Positions 36,539-48,629 of a stretch of DNA of 64,000 bases are shown here, piece by piece. The notes below the pieces were generated by a model that was not told where the DNA came from, did not search any database, and was given only the letters and a program-made list of their open reading frames with translations. The DNA is from Cycas panzhihuaensis. Its lineage: Eukaryota > Plantae > Cycadophyta. Each line of letters begins with the position of its first letter. The first letter of the stretch is position 1. The DNA is taken from positions 175,157,741-175,221,740 of the forward strand of contig CM041465.1 in assembly GCA_023213395.1 (NCBI GenBank), read 5' to 3'. The position numbers and the translations under genes are program-made.

Positions 36539-36739
36539 ATGAGACTGCTATAATTAATTTCTAACCATCATAATTTATTAAATCCTTGCTATATTTAATT
36601 CCATATTGATGTTTATAAGCATGCAATTTCCTGTAATGCATACACTATTCAAGTATCATGCTCAAACCCTAGCAAAACTACCTTAAATGATTGTAACTCA
36701 AAAAAAGAAAAAAAAAAAAATCCGAGTATGCAAATACTA

Positions 36740-37125
36740 GTCATACAACCACTATGTATACAGTTGTGGGGTGTCATTAATATGCCTTTAGGGCAAACTT
36801 TCTAAAACAATTTTCTTAATGTTGCCATAGAATCTTAGCCAAATTGCTCAAAAACATTTTCTGCTTCTATAGAAACACCATTAATAATTTTGGGATAGCA
36901 TTTATGAAGGTCGTATAGTTTGTATACATAGTAAGCCATACAACTATAATGTATACAGTTGTATACCCTATAGATGCCCCCAAAAAAGGCAAATTTCCAC
37001 TACTAAAACTTACTAAAATTTAAGTGCCTACCCTATCAACACATATACAAAGGTTTCACATGGCTAAGTATGGTTTTGTATGGCCCTACGTAGAGACATA
37101 CAATTGTACTAAAACTATACAATCT
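36740..37125. repeat. Cluster of short, partly inverted CATACAAC/GTTGTAT motifs, possibly DNA-transposon subterminal repeats
   Basis: CATACAAC..ATGTATACAGTTGT at 36743 and 36937; related copies at 36911-36930 and 37097-37122. Family identity is not established. Confidence 0.35.
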
Positions 37126-38708
37126 CAAACCCTAGCCAACATGAACCCTCTCTTAACAAAATTTATCTTTTATTATTGACTAAGAAGAAAATTACATAAT
37201 CTCTTCCTCTTGATGAAATTTTGATGGAAGAGTGAAAAGAATTGAGTATAATAAGTGCTTTTTCATATACAAATTATACCTTGTCTCTTCTTAAATACAC
37301 CCTAGTACCTTCCATGGATGAATGATGTTGATGACAACCACCTTGATGAAGATCTTCTTCTTGCTCCAACTCTCTTCACTTGCTCTCCACTTCCTTTACA
37401 ACTGTCAACACCTTCCACCATACATTCTCTTTTAATGCATCTAAAGTCCCTCTTAGGGTTGTGCAAGATAGTGGATAATATGGCATTGGTATGTTACATG
37501 AGTCGCTAAACAAAGAGTCAAACAACTCAACAAGTATCACAAAAGTGGAACTTGTAAAAATGAATAGGAAAAAATAGAAAGCTAGAAACTCAAGATGAAA
37601 ACCAACAAGCAAGGCCTATTAATATCTAAAACCAGGTGCCATCAACTTGAAAATTTTCCATGGGGCAAAGAAGATAGCAAGAAAACTACCAGCCCCTCAA
37701 AAATTTTGGCCATTCTCTTCTAAAGTACAACCAGCATAAGTGTTATCACCAAAGCTACCAATGTTGATTAATGGGACACATTTAATCAATCTTCACAAAT
37801 CTCACTAGTGCAATCAACATAACAGTTTTGGTGTTACAAACCAATGGTTGCATCCACTCCATGTGAACTCGCATGTCCGTTACAAAACAGTGGTTGTGTC
37901 CCCTCCATATGAACCGACATGTCGTTGGAAGATGTCACCCTTCCGTGAAGTTTAAAATCCATGAAAGATTATTTGAAGATCATTGGAATATTTCTTGAGA
38001 TTTCAGCTATTTGGAGGCAACTGCAGGTAGCGATGACTTTTGGAGGAGCCTTCACCTCGAAGAGGACCAACATTAGTCTATTTTATTCATTTTGTATATT
38101 TGTTTCCTCTGTTATTCAATATAATTTTATTATTTATATCAGTCTCCACCCATGGCTACATTATTAAACTAGTTGGGTTCGTAACAAGTGGTATCAGAGC
38201 TTCAACAATTCATTGGGCACTTCTAATGCACACCAAGCTTTAATCCATAAGAAACTAAAGTGACTTTTTAGCCCATCACCAATTCTTTCATATACTTCTA
38301 TATGATTAGACTACCATAACTTTCATTTGAGAAATCATTTTTCAGTGTCCTTCTGTTTTGTTGGATTCTACACTCAATCCCTATCGAAGCGAGTATATGT
38401 CACATATTTTGATGCCAAATTGCCTAAGTATTTAATCATAGAAGTTAACTGAAGGAAATTTTTAGAATTTTGTGTGAACTAGATATCAAACTTTCAACAA
38501 TTAAAATTCGGTCGTTCCACATTTGATTTCAGAGTTTATTTTTCTTTATTCTGCATATTTTTTTCGCATTCTTCACACCTGTGTACAAAGTAGCAAATAA
38601 AAGAATCAAGTCAAGGTTGTTCTGGACCTCCATTTAGGAACTACAACTCAAAAACAAGGGGAAATTCCCCTTTAAAGAGCACACAACCCTCCACCACTTC
38701 AAAAAAAC

Positions 38709-41700
38709 ATGGCATAGAAGGTTGATGAACTCACTAAACAAGTGAAGGAGCTTCAACAATCTGCACATATAGTGATATCGATAGAGGATTCTATGAAATT
38801 GCTACAAAATTCAGTCGATAAACTTGCTTAGGACATACTTCATCTAGCAAAGGACATGGATAAGGTCCTTTGCCTAAAAAGCGGGGAAATCACCTCAGGA
38901 GAAGAACAATTTATTAAAGAAGAATATCCACCAAAGGACTCCAAAGGAACAAAAAATTTCAGTACTTGAAAATATAAAGGCCCAATTAGAATTTTTTAAC
39001 CCAGATAAAGGCTAGGATGTATAGACATGGTTAGCAAAGATGCAAACTTATTTTGACATCCACCCATGTTCTAGCAAAGAGAGTTTTGTCTGCATCTTTA
39101 CATTTGAACAATCAAGGACTATAATGGTTTACCCGGTGGTGTAAGGACTATGAGAATACCACAAATTTCAACTGAAATTTCTTCTCTTGCAATCTACGAG
39201 CAATATTGGGAAAATTGGGGTAGGGATTCCTACACCAACAAATGAGAACTATGCAACAACACATTGAAGAATTTCAAAATTGACAGAGCATGTTGATGGC
39301 GAAGATAGATAATTTGTTGTCATTAGAAACATATCTCAAAGGACTCAAAGAAAACATTTGTTTTAGTTAAAAACCTTAGGGGTTACAAGCCTCTAACAAG
39401 CAATGTTAAAACCTAGGAGTGTTAAGGCCAAATTTAGTGCAAACCTTCCTATAAGACAATATGATTTTAATAAAAGAAATAACCTTAGATCCTAGTGAAT
39501 AACACAAGCACCTGGGACATTTCAAAAACTAGGGGGACCATCCACCGTAGCAAAGGTTGAACACATGAAAAAGGGGAACCTGCTTTACATGCAATATAAA
39601 ATGGAGTAAAGATCACAAAAGGACCGACTAAGCATACTCAGAAGAAGCTATATATGTTGGAGAATGATCAACCAATAACTAAAAAAGCATTGTAGAAACC
39701 ATGGAAGATGAGCAAATTGTAGAAGAATTAGCTTTGGAAGATGAATATGATCATCTAAAAGTTGAAAATTCATTACAACTTATGATAGGTGTTTTGACAT
39801 CACCACAAACCTTATGCCTAATAGGAATGATAAAGAACACAAAAGTAATTGTCTTAATTGATGGAGAAAGCACACATAACTTCATCAATTGGAGGACAAT
39901 TTTGCAGGTAGGACTCCAAATTGCCCCTCTTAAGTAGTTCCAAGTAGCCATAGCAAGAGGGAAGACAAAACCGTGTGGTGAATTCTAGGTGAAGGCTCCT
40001 TTGAAAATGGATAATTATACATTACAATATGCAATGTTCGACGTGCCAGTAGGGGGAGTTGATGTAGTTTTGGAAGTTTAGTGGTCACAAACATTGGGAT
40101 CCATTTTGATGAACTATAACACATTGTTCATGAAATTCTAACAAAAAGGGAAGAAGCACGTATTACAAGCTTCTTCCACACTGCCAAATCAAGAGGTCTC
40201 ATCACATCACGTGGAAATAATTCTAAAAAGGGGAGCTTCAAGGTGTGTTATCAGTTGTTTTTCAATCACAATGATAGAAGAACAAGAAATCCATCCAAAG
40301 ATGAAGATGCTGTTACAGGGGTACGACAAAATGTTTGAAGAACTACCAAAGGAGTTACCTCTCGACAAAGGGATGGAGCATGCCATTGAGCTTCAACCAA
40401 GAACTACCCCGATTAATGTTCGACCATATCAACATCCACATCACCATAAATCTACACTATAGAAAAGTTAACTCGAGAGCCATTGGACCAACCAACAATC
40501 ATACCCAATAAAAGTCCCTTTGACACACCAGTCATTCTAGTTTTGAGGAAAGATGGATTTTATAAAATATGTGTAGATTATAGACCTCTCAATAAGGCTA
40601 CCATTAAAAATCAGTTTCCAAACCCAAGAATCAATGACCTCTTAAATGAATTACATACTACCCAATTCTTTACAAAAATTGATCTAAGATCAGACTATTA
40701 TCGAATCTACATCAAGGCTTAAGATATAGTGAAGATAGCTTTCCGTACTCATGAAGGCCACTACAAATTCAAGGTCATTCCATTTAGACTAACAAATGCA
40801 CTAGCAACCTTTTAGGCTACCATGAACAAAGGACTTCATCCTTATCTCAAAAAATTTGTCTTAATCTTTTTTGACAATATTTGGATTTATGATAAGACAT
40901 GGGTAGAGCACTTACAACACATCAAGCTAGCCCTACAAATATTGCTAGATAATGTTCCCTTTGCTAACAAGGCAAAATGCACATTTGGGCACAAGAAGGA
41001 AAATATTTGGGTCAAATCATTTCCAGAGAAGGGGTTAAGCTAGATTCAAGAAAAGTCCAAGTAATTCTAGACTGGTCTATTCCTAAAAATGTATCAAAAG
41101 TAAAGGGCTTCCTAAGAGCATCTAGATTCTACAAGAGGTTTATTAACGGATATGGTCGTATAATAGTAGCACTTTTAAATCTCACCAAAAAGGATGTTTT
41201 CAAATGGAATGAGCTAGCCGGAAAATCATTCAATGACCTTAAAAGGTTAATAACTACCCCATCTACACTTGTTATGCTAAACTTCAAACAATAATTTGTT
41301 GTGGAATATGACACTTCAAGAGATGAAATAGGAGTTGTATTAATGCAAAACAATCGATCCATAACACATGAAAGTCACAAGTTCAAAGGAAAAGATAAAT
41401 TATGGCACATCTACGAAAAAAAATATTAGCCATTATCCATGCAATTACTAAATGGTCATCAATACTTGATCAGTAACAAATTCATAGTTAAAATAGTTCA
41501 TGATAGCCTCAACTATTTCTCTAAAATAGCCAACCTTATCGGAACAATAACAAAGATGGGGAAACAAGCTACAAGCTTTTGATTTTGAAATAGTTTATAA
41601 AAGGGGCAAAGAGAATGTTGTCGCAAATGCTCTATACAAGAGAGATGAAGATACCTCTCTACATGCCATGCCTGTATTAGACCCTTTATAGATCATTCAA

Positions 41701-42889
41701 ATACAACAAGAAAATAAAAAAAATCCTCATGCTCAGGAGATCATTCAACAAGTCAAGAATACATCGACTCAAAATGGGAAGTTTGAATGGAAACTTGACA
41801 TTCTTTGGTACAAGAACAGAACCTATATTTCTCCAACATCATCGTTCAAGAGTACAATCCTTCAAGAGTGTCATTCTACCCCCATCGCGGGTCATGTTGG
41901 TATAGACAAGACTTATAGGAATGTCAAACAATCATTCCTTTGGAATAATTAGAAAAGGGATGTACATCAATTTGTGGCTGAATGCGACACATGCTAGAAG
42001 AAGAAGTTTAAAACAGTTAAAATCTTAAGACTCCCCTAGCCACTCCATATTCTTAAAAGAAAATGGGAGAGATTGATGGATTTTATCATAGGGCTACCAC
42101 ACACAGATGGCAAGAACGCGATATTTATGATTGTTGATAGACTTACGAAATACGCTCATTTAAGGGGGATATAATCAACTTTCAAAGCAAGTCAAATAGT
42201 AGACTTCTTTGTAAAAGAGATCCACCAATTCATGGATTTCTTAAATTTATTATCAATTATCAAGATCCCAAATTTACAAGTAATTTTTTAAAAGAGATCC
42301 TTGCTCTAATCTGAGCCAAATTGACCATGAGCACTGCTTATCATCTTTAAATGGATGGTCAATCTGAAATAATAAGCAAATGTTTGAAAGGGTATCTTCG
42401 ATGTTTTACTTTGGATAAACAATCACACTAGCACCGCTAGTTGCACTTGGTAGAATGAAGGTATAACAACACATATCACACAACAACACACATGACTCTG
42501 CTCAATGGTTATCATCTGCCATCACTTATCCATACTATTACTCAATCTAAAGTCCATGCAACTAATGAATAGGTTATGAAAATGGAAAACATCTTCACGA
42601 TCCTCAAGGATAACCTAAATACAACAAGAAATAAAATTAAACAACAGCAGGACTTACACAACACAAAAAGACAATTTAACATTAGAGATTGGATAATTTT
42701 AAGGTTACAACCCTATAAACAAACTTCATTAAAGAAATCACAGAAACAAAAATTACAACCAGAGTTTTACGGCCTCTTTCAACTACAAAGGATAATCGGC
42801 CAAGTCACTTATTAACTAAATCTTCCAAACACAAGGATACAGGATGTCTTCCATGTTTCCTATCTATAGTGTAAACTCGACGATAAATT
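38709..42889 (+). pseudogene. gag-pol: Gypsy gag-PR-RT-RH-INT remnant (chromodomain continues at 47532-47672 and 48161-48235)
   Basis: LIDGESTHNF protease; CVDYRPLN..KIDLRSDY and FFDNI RT; RNase H and integrase motifs; LQPEFYGLF..FHVS; KEYLVKWKDM|DIEDTT*E chromodomain. Confidence 0.92.
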
Positions 42890-45800
42890 TGTTAGAACCT
42901 TCATGTTCTAGCATTAAGTCTTAACCATGTACATGTCTATTTTGGCACTTTATGCTTTATGCTAAAGTGCACTTCTGTATGCTTTTAAAATTTCACTTTT
43001 TCACTTTTCTTTATAGTGACTTATTTATATATTTTATGTGAATAATTCAACAAGCTTATGGGTAACACTTGTCACCATCCTTTGGACCTAAGAAGGAGTG
43101 TTCAACCCAAACTTCTCTTCTATTTTAGATCTATGACATGTGTCACAATCCTATAGATAGGCACTCCTATATAATGAGAGGTCTCTCTCATGTAATTCAT
43201 TGTAGTTTGTGAGTTTAGAGTTATGCTACTAAAGCTTTTCTGATAAGTTGGAGTGTAGAGCAATTCTTCTCCTTCTCCATTTTGTGTTATGCATTTTGTG
43301 TTTGCATTTTTCAAGCTTTATAATGAGAGTTGAATCATTTCATGTTCATACATTGTCCTTTCATTCTCCTCAATATATCCTGTTATGTTCGTATTTTCAT
43401 TTTGGTATCAGAGTGACATTGAGGAGCTAAAGAAGGCAAGTGATCTCTATGCTTTGACGCTGACCTTCGCCTATGAAGGCGTTCTAATTTGAAAAGCAAT
43501 TTTTTATTTTTTTTATGTTGAAAAGCTTTATTCTCACATGTTTTTGAAAAGTTTTAAGATTCGTTTTCAAGTTTTTTTTAACAAGTTTTGAGAGGGTTTA
43601 TTGACCAATTTTACATTGGTTTTGAAGAATTTTACACAAGTTTTTGAGTTGGTTCAACATTGACCAAATTACATCTTGTGTTGTTGGGTTTTTTTGAAGC
43701 TTTTCCATATAAAAAAAATTACATTTTTTGCAATTTGCATATGCAACAAAAAAAAATATTTTGCTCTTAATTGCAACTTTTTTTAAGAAAGAACAAGAAA
43801 ATAGAGGAGGATCTATCTACTATTTTTTGCAGGAATCTAGTTTTTCATCAGTGATTTGCAGGACTTTGTGGTACATGGGTACCCTTGTTTAGAGTGTAGA
43901 TTCTATGCTTTACAAGCAAAAGAAAATTTAAAAAAAAGGGAAAACCCCAGTGTTCTTCCTCCTCTATTGAGCACCTCTATGAATCCCTACTTGGGCAATA
44001 ACTAGTGTGTTTGGAACTTTGTAAGAGACCTGCTCTATGATGAATTCATTCTCCTCCTCTACTGGCATCTAAAGTTCAAAAACAAAAATCAAATAGTGTG
44101 TTTGGTGACTCCCATTTTACATATTGAGTGGACTTCCTTCGGTGGCACCTTTCGTGGACCCTCTATAGACTCTCGTATGCTCCAAATGACCCCGTTTTTG
44201 GCCCAAGTCTTCTCCAACTTGTGTTTTGACTTGGGTGGCTCACTTTGCATGTTGGCGGATCCCGCCCATCATTGGCGACCTCTTGTGAACTCTAGAAGCT
44301 TCTATGGCCCTGCACACTACCTGAGTAGGGACAATTCCCTCTATCACAAAGATTGCAAGTATTTTTTATCACCAATAATTGTCGCTCAATCAAATTTATG
44401 CAATTTTGTCGCCATTGGTGCATTGTCATTGCCACTCGCAGGATTCAATGAAAAATTTTTAATTTTTTCTTAATGTTTAACACTTTAGGTTATATAGGGT
44501 CAAATATACCTTGTATATTTCTTCTTTTACTTTTGTGTTTTAACTTTAACATTCTAAATTTAACCCATTATATTGTTAATTTAACCCACAAACCTGTTTT
44601 TTGTCACTTTTTAGTGTGTTAATCACACTAATGCTTATAAAAATATTGTGCATGTGACTTTGATGAATTAGTTGCCTATTTTGTGACATGTTTTTGCTCT
44701 CAAACTCATTTTTTTGTTGTACTTACTCACTGGGCTCCCTACATGGTGACCTAAAACGAGAATAATGATGCCCAAAAGCCCCAAGCATACCACCAAGATC
44801 AATAAAATAATTAATTTTTTTAGTGTGTTAGGATCATTTTTGATCTCAAGTGTCTTTATTTTTTTTTTAGTGTGTTGCTTTCATGAAGTGTCTCTTTGAG
44901 CCATTAAAATTTTGTATTTTGCACTTCTGAAAGTATCATTCAAGGGTGTAGCCTTACTGCTACATTTACTCTCAATTAAGAAAAGCACTTTGATAATTTG
45001 TGACACGTTGATAATTTTTTAAGCTGCATCAAAAACCTCCAAGGTATGTTTTAAGCAACATTAAATCCCACTTGTAATTAGCTTAAACAAACTCATAAAA
45101 CAAAGTCTTAAACTTGGTGCATTCTCTAGGGGACCAACTGACAGTGCGACTACTGCACAACAATTAAGTCGAAAGTGGGGAGACTCGAAAAGGGTATTTT
45201 TAATGTTGTGAATACTGAGAAAAGCACAGTACACCGTGGAGATCAATCCTACCTCAATTGTACAAAGTTTGATTATTTAGCCAACCTCTAATTTTGTAAT
45301 CAAGTTTGATGACTTGCGGGTGAAGCTCTCCATTTAGTCTTCATATTTTTTAGCTTAGTGTTGAATAGTTTGAGATATTGAGTGGAACGTAAGCGACATA
45401 ACTCAATGGTTTCCAAGCTCAGTTCTCAGTTATAATACCTAATCATGGCTACTTAGATGCTTAATGCAAACACAATTAAGCTCATAGACGTTGAAAACTA
45501 CTTGACATGGAAAAAGCAAACAAGGAATTTGCTTATTATGAATGATAAGATCCACTCTAATTATCAAAATGACACATGGGACTTGGTCAAATTGCCAAAA
45601 GGCAAATAGGCCATCAGTTGAAAGTGGATCTACAAAACTAGGTTTCAATCTGATGGAACCATTGAGCAACATAAAGCTCGTCTGGTCGCAAAAAGATTCA
45701 AACAACAAAAAAACATCGACTATGATGAAACATTTGCACTTGTCACCAATATGAACACCATAAGAGTGGCTATGACTTTAGTTGCTCAATACAAATGGCC

Positions 45801-47531
45801 TTTGCATCAAATGGATGTCAAAAGCGCCTTTCTTAACGACGATTTAACTAAGGAGGTATATCTAGAACAACCTCCTTGTTACATTTCACACAACAATAAG
45901 CATCTTGTTTGTCGCCTCAAAAAGGCCTTGTATGGTTTGAAACAGGTGCCGTGTGCTTGGTACTCCAAAATCGATGACTACTTCCTGAGACATGGTTTTC
46001 ATTGATCCTATTAGACTTGAACCTGTATATCAGGATATACCACCAGCACGTCACTCTTATCATTTTGTATGTTGATGATTTGACAATCACAGGCAATGAT
46101 GCTAACATGATTGAAAGTCTTCAAAGGGACTTAAAAATAAGTTTTGAGATGACTGTTCTTGGACTTCTTCATTATTTTCTCGGCATGGAGGTTTGGCAAT
46201 AGCCAGACAACATCTTCATATCCCAAGCCAAGTAAACTTGGGACAATTTGCAATGCTTCAGAATGGACGATTGCAAATCTTCACCTACCCCTAAGGAGAC
46301 GGGCACTAAATTGTCACATGATGAGAAAGCCAAATCTGTAGATTCCACCCTCTTCAGATAGCTAGTGGATAATCTCATTTATCTAACAAACACTAGACCT
46401 GACATTTCATATGCTGTTAAAATCTATTTCATATTTATGTCTCAACCCAATCAATGACACTAGAATGCTACAAAACAAATTCTCAAATATCTCAAAGGTA
46501 CAATGTAGTATGGTCTTCAATACACTCATAACAAAAACTTCACACTGAAAGGATTCTCAAAATTTGATTGGGCAAGATTCCAAGATAGCCAGAAATCTAC
46601 CTTAGGTTACAATTTCAACCTTGGGTTAGCAATTGTTTCGTGCAGTTGAAAGAAGCAACTAAATGTCACTCTTTCCTCCACTGAAGCAAAATACAAAGTT
46701 GCTATCAGAGTAGCATGTGAGCCTATTTAGCTCAAATGAATTCTTAGAGAGAATGGACTTGAGCAAACACAACCAAATCCATTGCACTATGATAATTAAG
46801 GTGTGCTCAAGATTGCTAGGAATCTAGTATTTCATACGCGGACCAAATATGTTGAGTTTCATCACCACGTCATTAGAGAACATGTGCAGAACAGTGAGAT
46901 TGACCTCATTTACAGGCCAACAGATCAATCACTAGTCATCAACTTTACCAAACCACCTGACAGAGAAAAGTTTAAGCATTTTAGAGATGGCCTCGAAGTT
47001 CGAATTATTGTTGTACACATTCAGGAGGGGTGTTAGAACCCTCATGTTCTAGCATAAGTCTTGACAATGAACATGTTTATTTTGGCACTTTATGCTTTAT
47101 GATAAAGGGCACTTTTGTATGTTTTCAAAATGTCACTTTTTCACTTTTGTCTTTAGTGACTTATTTACATGTTTTATGTGAATAAGTCAACATGTTGATG
47201 GATGACACTTGTCATCATCCTTTGAACCTAAGGAGGAGTGTCTATTCAGACTTCTCTTCTATTTAGATATGTGATGTGTCACAATCCTATAAACAAACAC
47301 TCCTATATAATGAGAGCTCCCTCTCATGTAATTCATTGTAGTTTGTGAGTTTAGTGTTATGTTGTTGAATCTTTCTGATAGGTTGGAGTGTAGAGCAATT
47401 CTCCTCCTCCATTTTGTGTTATGCATTTTGTGCTTACATTTCTCAAGCTTTATAATGAGAGTTGAATCATTTCATGTTCATACATTGTCCCTTCATTCTC
47501 CTCAATAGATCTTGTTACGTTCATGTTCTCA
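42890..47531 (+). mobile_element. Ty1/copia derivative lacking most of gag, protease and integrase
   Basis: LTRs 42890-43399 and 47031-47531. PBS at 43403-43413; PPT AGGAGGGG at 47023-47030. TSD AAATT/AAAAT; removing the insertion restores the host frame KLDDK-ITTQT. Confidence 0.93.
45445..47010 (+). pseudogene. gag-pol: Gag N-terminus (~33 codons) fused in frame to RT-RNase H
   Basis: MAT*MLNANTIKLIDVENYLTWKKQTRNLLIMN joins DKIHSNYQNDTWDLVKLPKG; then QMDVKSAFL, LYVDDL and RTKYVEFHHH. Confidence 0.9.
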
Positions 47532-47672
47532 AAAATCACAACACAAACGTCTCTACCTAAGTTAGATGATGGAGGACCCTACATCTTCCAACCAAAAGGA
47601 ATAATCCAAATAAGATTAAGACAGTTGCGCAACAGAGGAATAAAAGAATACCTTGTCAAATGGAAGGATATG

Positions 47673-48160
47673 TGTGGGAATCCCAATAGGGACACACCAA
47701 ATTAACCAGAAAACATACATTACTATGCTATTTTGTAGAATAAGAATAGATATACCATGTATTATGACAATTCTAAGTGAAATATAAAAAAAATCAAACA
47801 TGCACCGAAGATATTGATCATAGAAAAATAATGGCAGTTCAATATTATTCACCAAAATATACAAAACTTACAATCACATGATGTCCCCTCTTTGAGGTGA
47901 GAGGTCCTCCTAAAACAAATCCCACTAGGGCCAAACATAGCAACTCAGATTATCATCCCTTTTGATGATTTTCAATTAGGGGTTGGATGCCATATATATA
48001 GGTGAAATGAAAGTTTAAAGTTAGAAGTTGGTTTTAATAAATGGAATCAGCCAAAATTAAGAGAGAGAGAGAGAGGAAGTTGACCAGATTTAAGAAAGAA
48101 AAAATGAAAGGCAAAATATTAAGAGCAGAGGTTGGCTTAGCATTTGGAGGAAATGATACA
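47673..48160 (-). mobile_element. Solo gypsy-type LTR (488 bp) inserted in the host chromodomain
   Basis: TG...CA ends; perfect TSD ATATG (47668-47672 / 48161-48165); splits WKDM|DIED. Orientation is inferred from TATA and motif order. Confidence 0.9.
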
Positions 48161-48629
48161 ATATGGACATTGAAGACACAACTTAAGAAGATGAAAATTA
48201 GTACCAACAAAGCTTGCAAGTTCCCATGCTTTGAGGGCAAAGAATTTTTTTGAGAGGGGGAACTTATTATGAACCAACAATTACATCCCCTCCATGGGAA
48301 TCAACATGTCTGTTGAAAGATGTAACCCTTTCGTGAAGTATAAAAGGCGCAAAAGATCGTTCGAAGATCATCATTGGAATATTTCTTGACCTTTTGGCTA
48401 TTTCAAGGCAATTGCAAGCAACAATGATTCTTAAAGGAGCCCTCACCTCAAAAAGGACCAACATTCATTTATTTTATTCATTTCCTATACTTTTTTCCTC
48501 TGTTATTCAATATAATTCTATCATTTATATTAGTCTCCTCTTGTGGCTAGATTATTGAACTCATTAGGATCGTAACATTTGGCAATGTAATGAATAAATC
48601 AATTTAAACAATTATAACAATAAGCAACT

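Larger units (their letters stand above)
37832..48577 (+). mobile_element. Ty3/gypsy chromovirus, full domain set, carrying a nested copia and a nested solo LTR
   Basis: Perfect TSD TTTGG (37827-37831 / 48578-48582). LTRs 37832-38186 and 48265-48577. Perfect PBS at 38189-38200; PPT GAGAGGGGGAA at 48252-48262. Confidence 0.93.
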
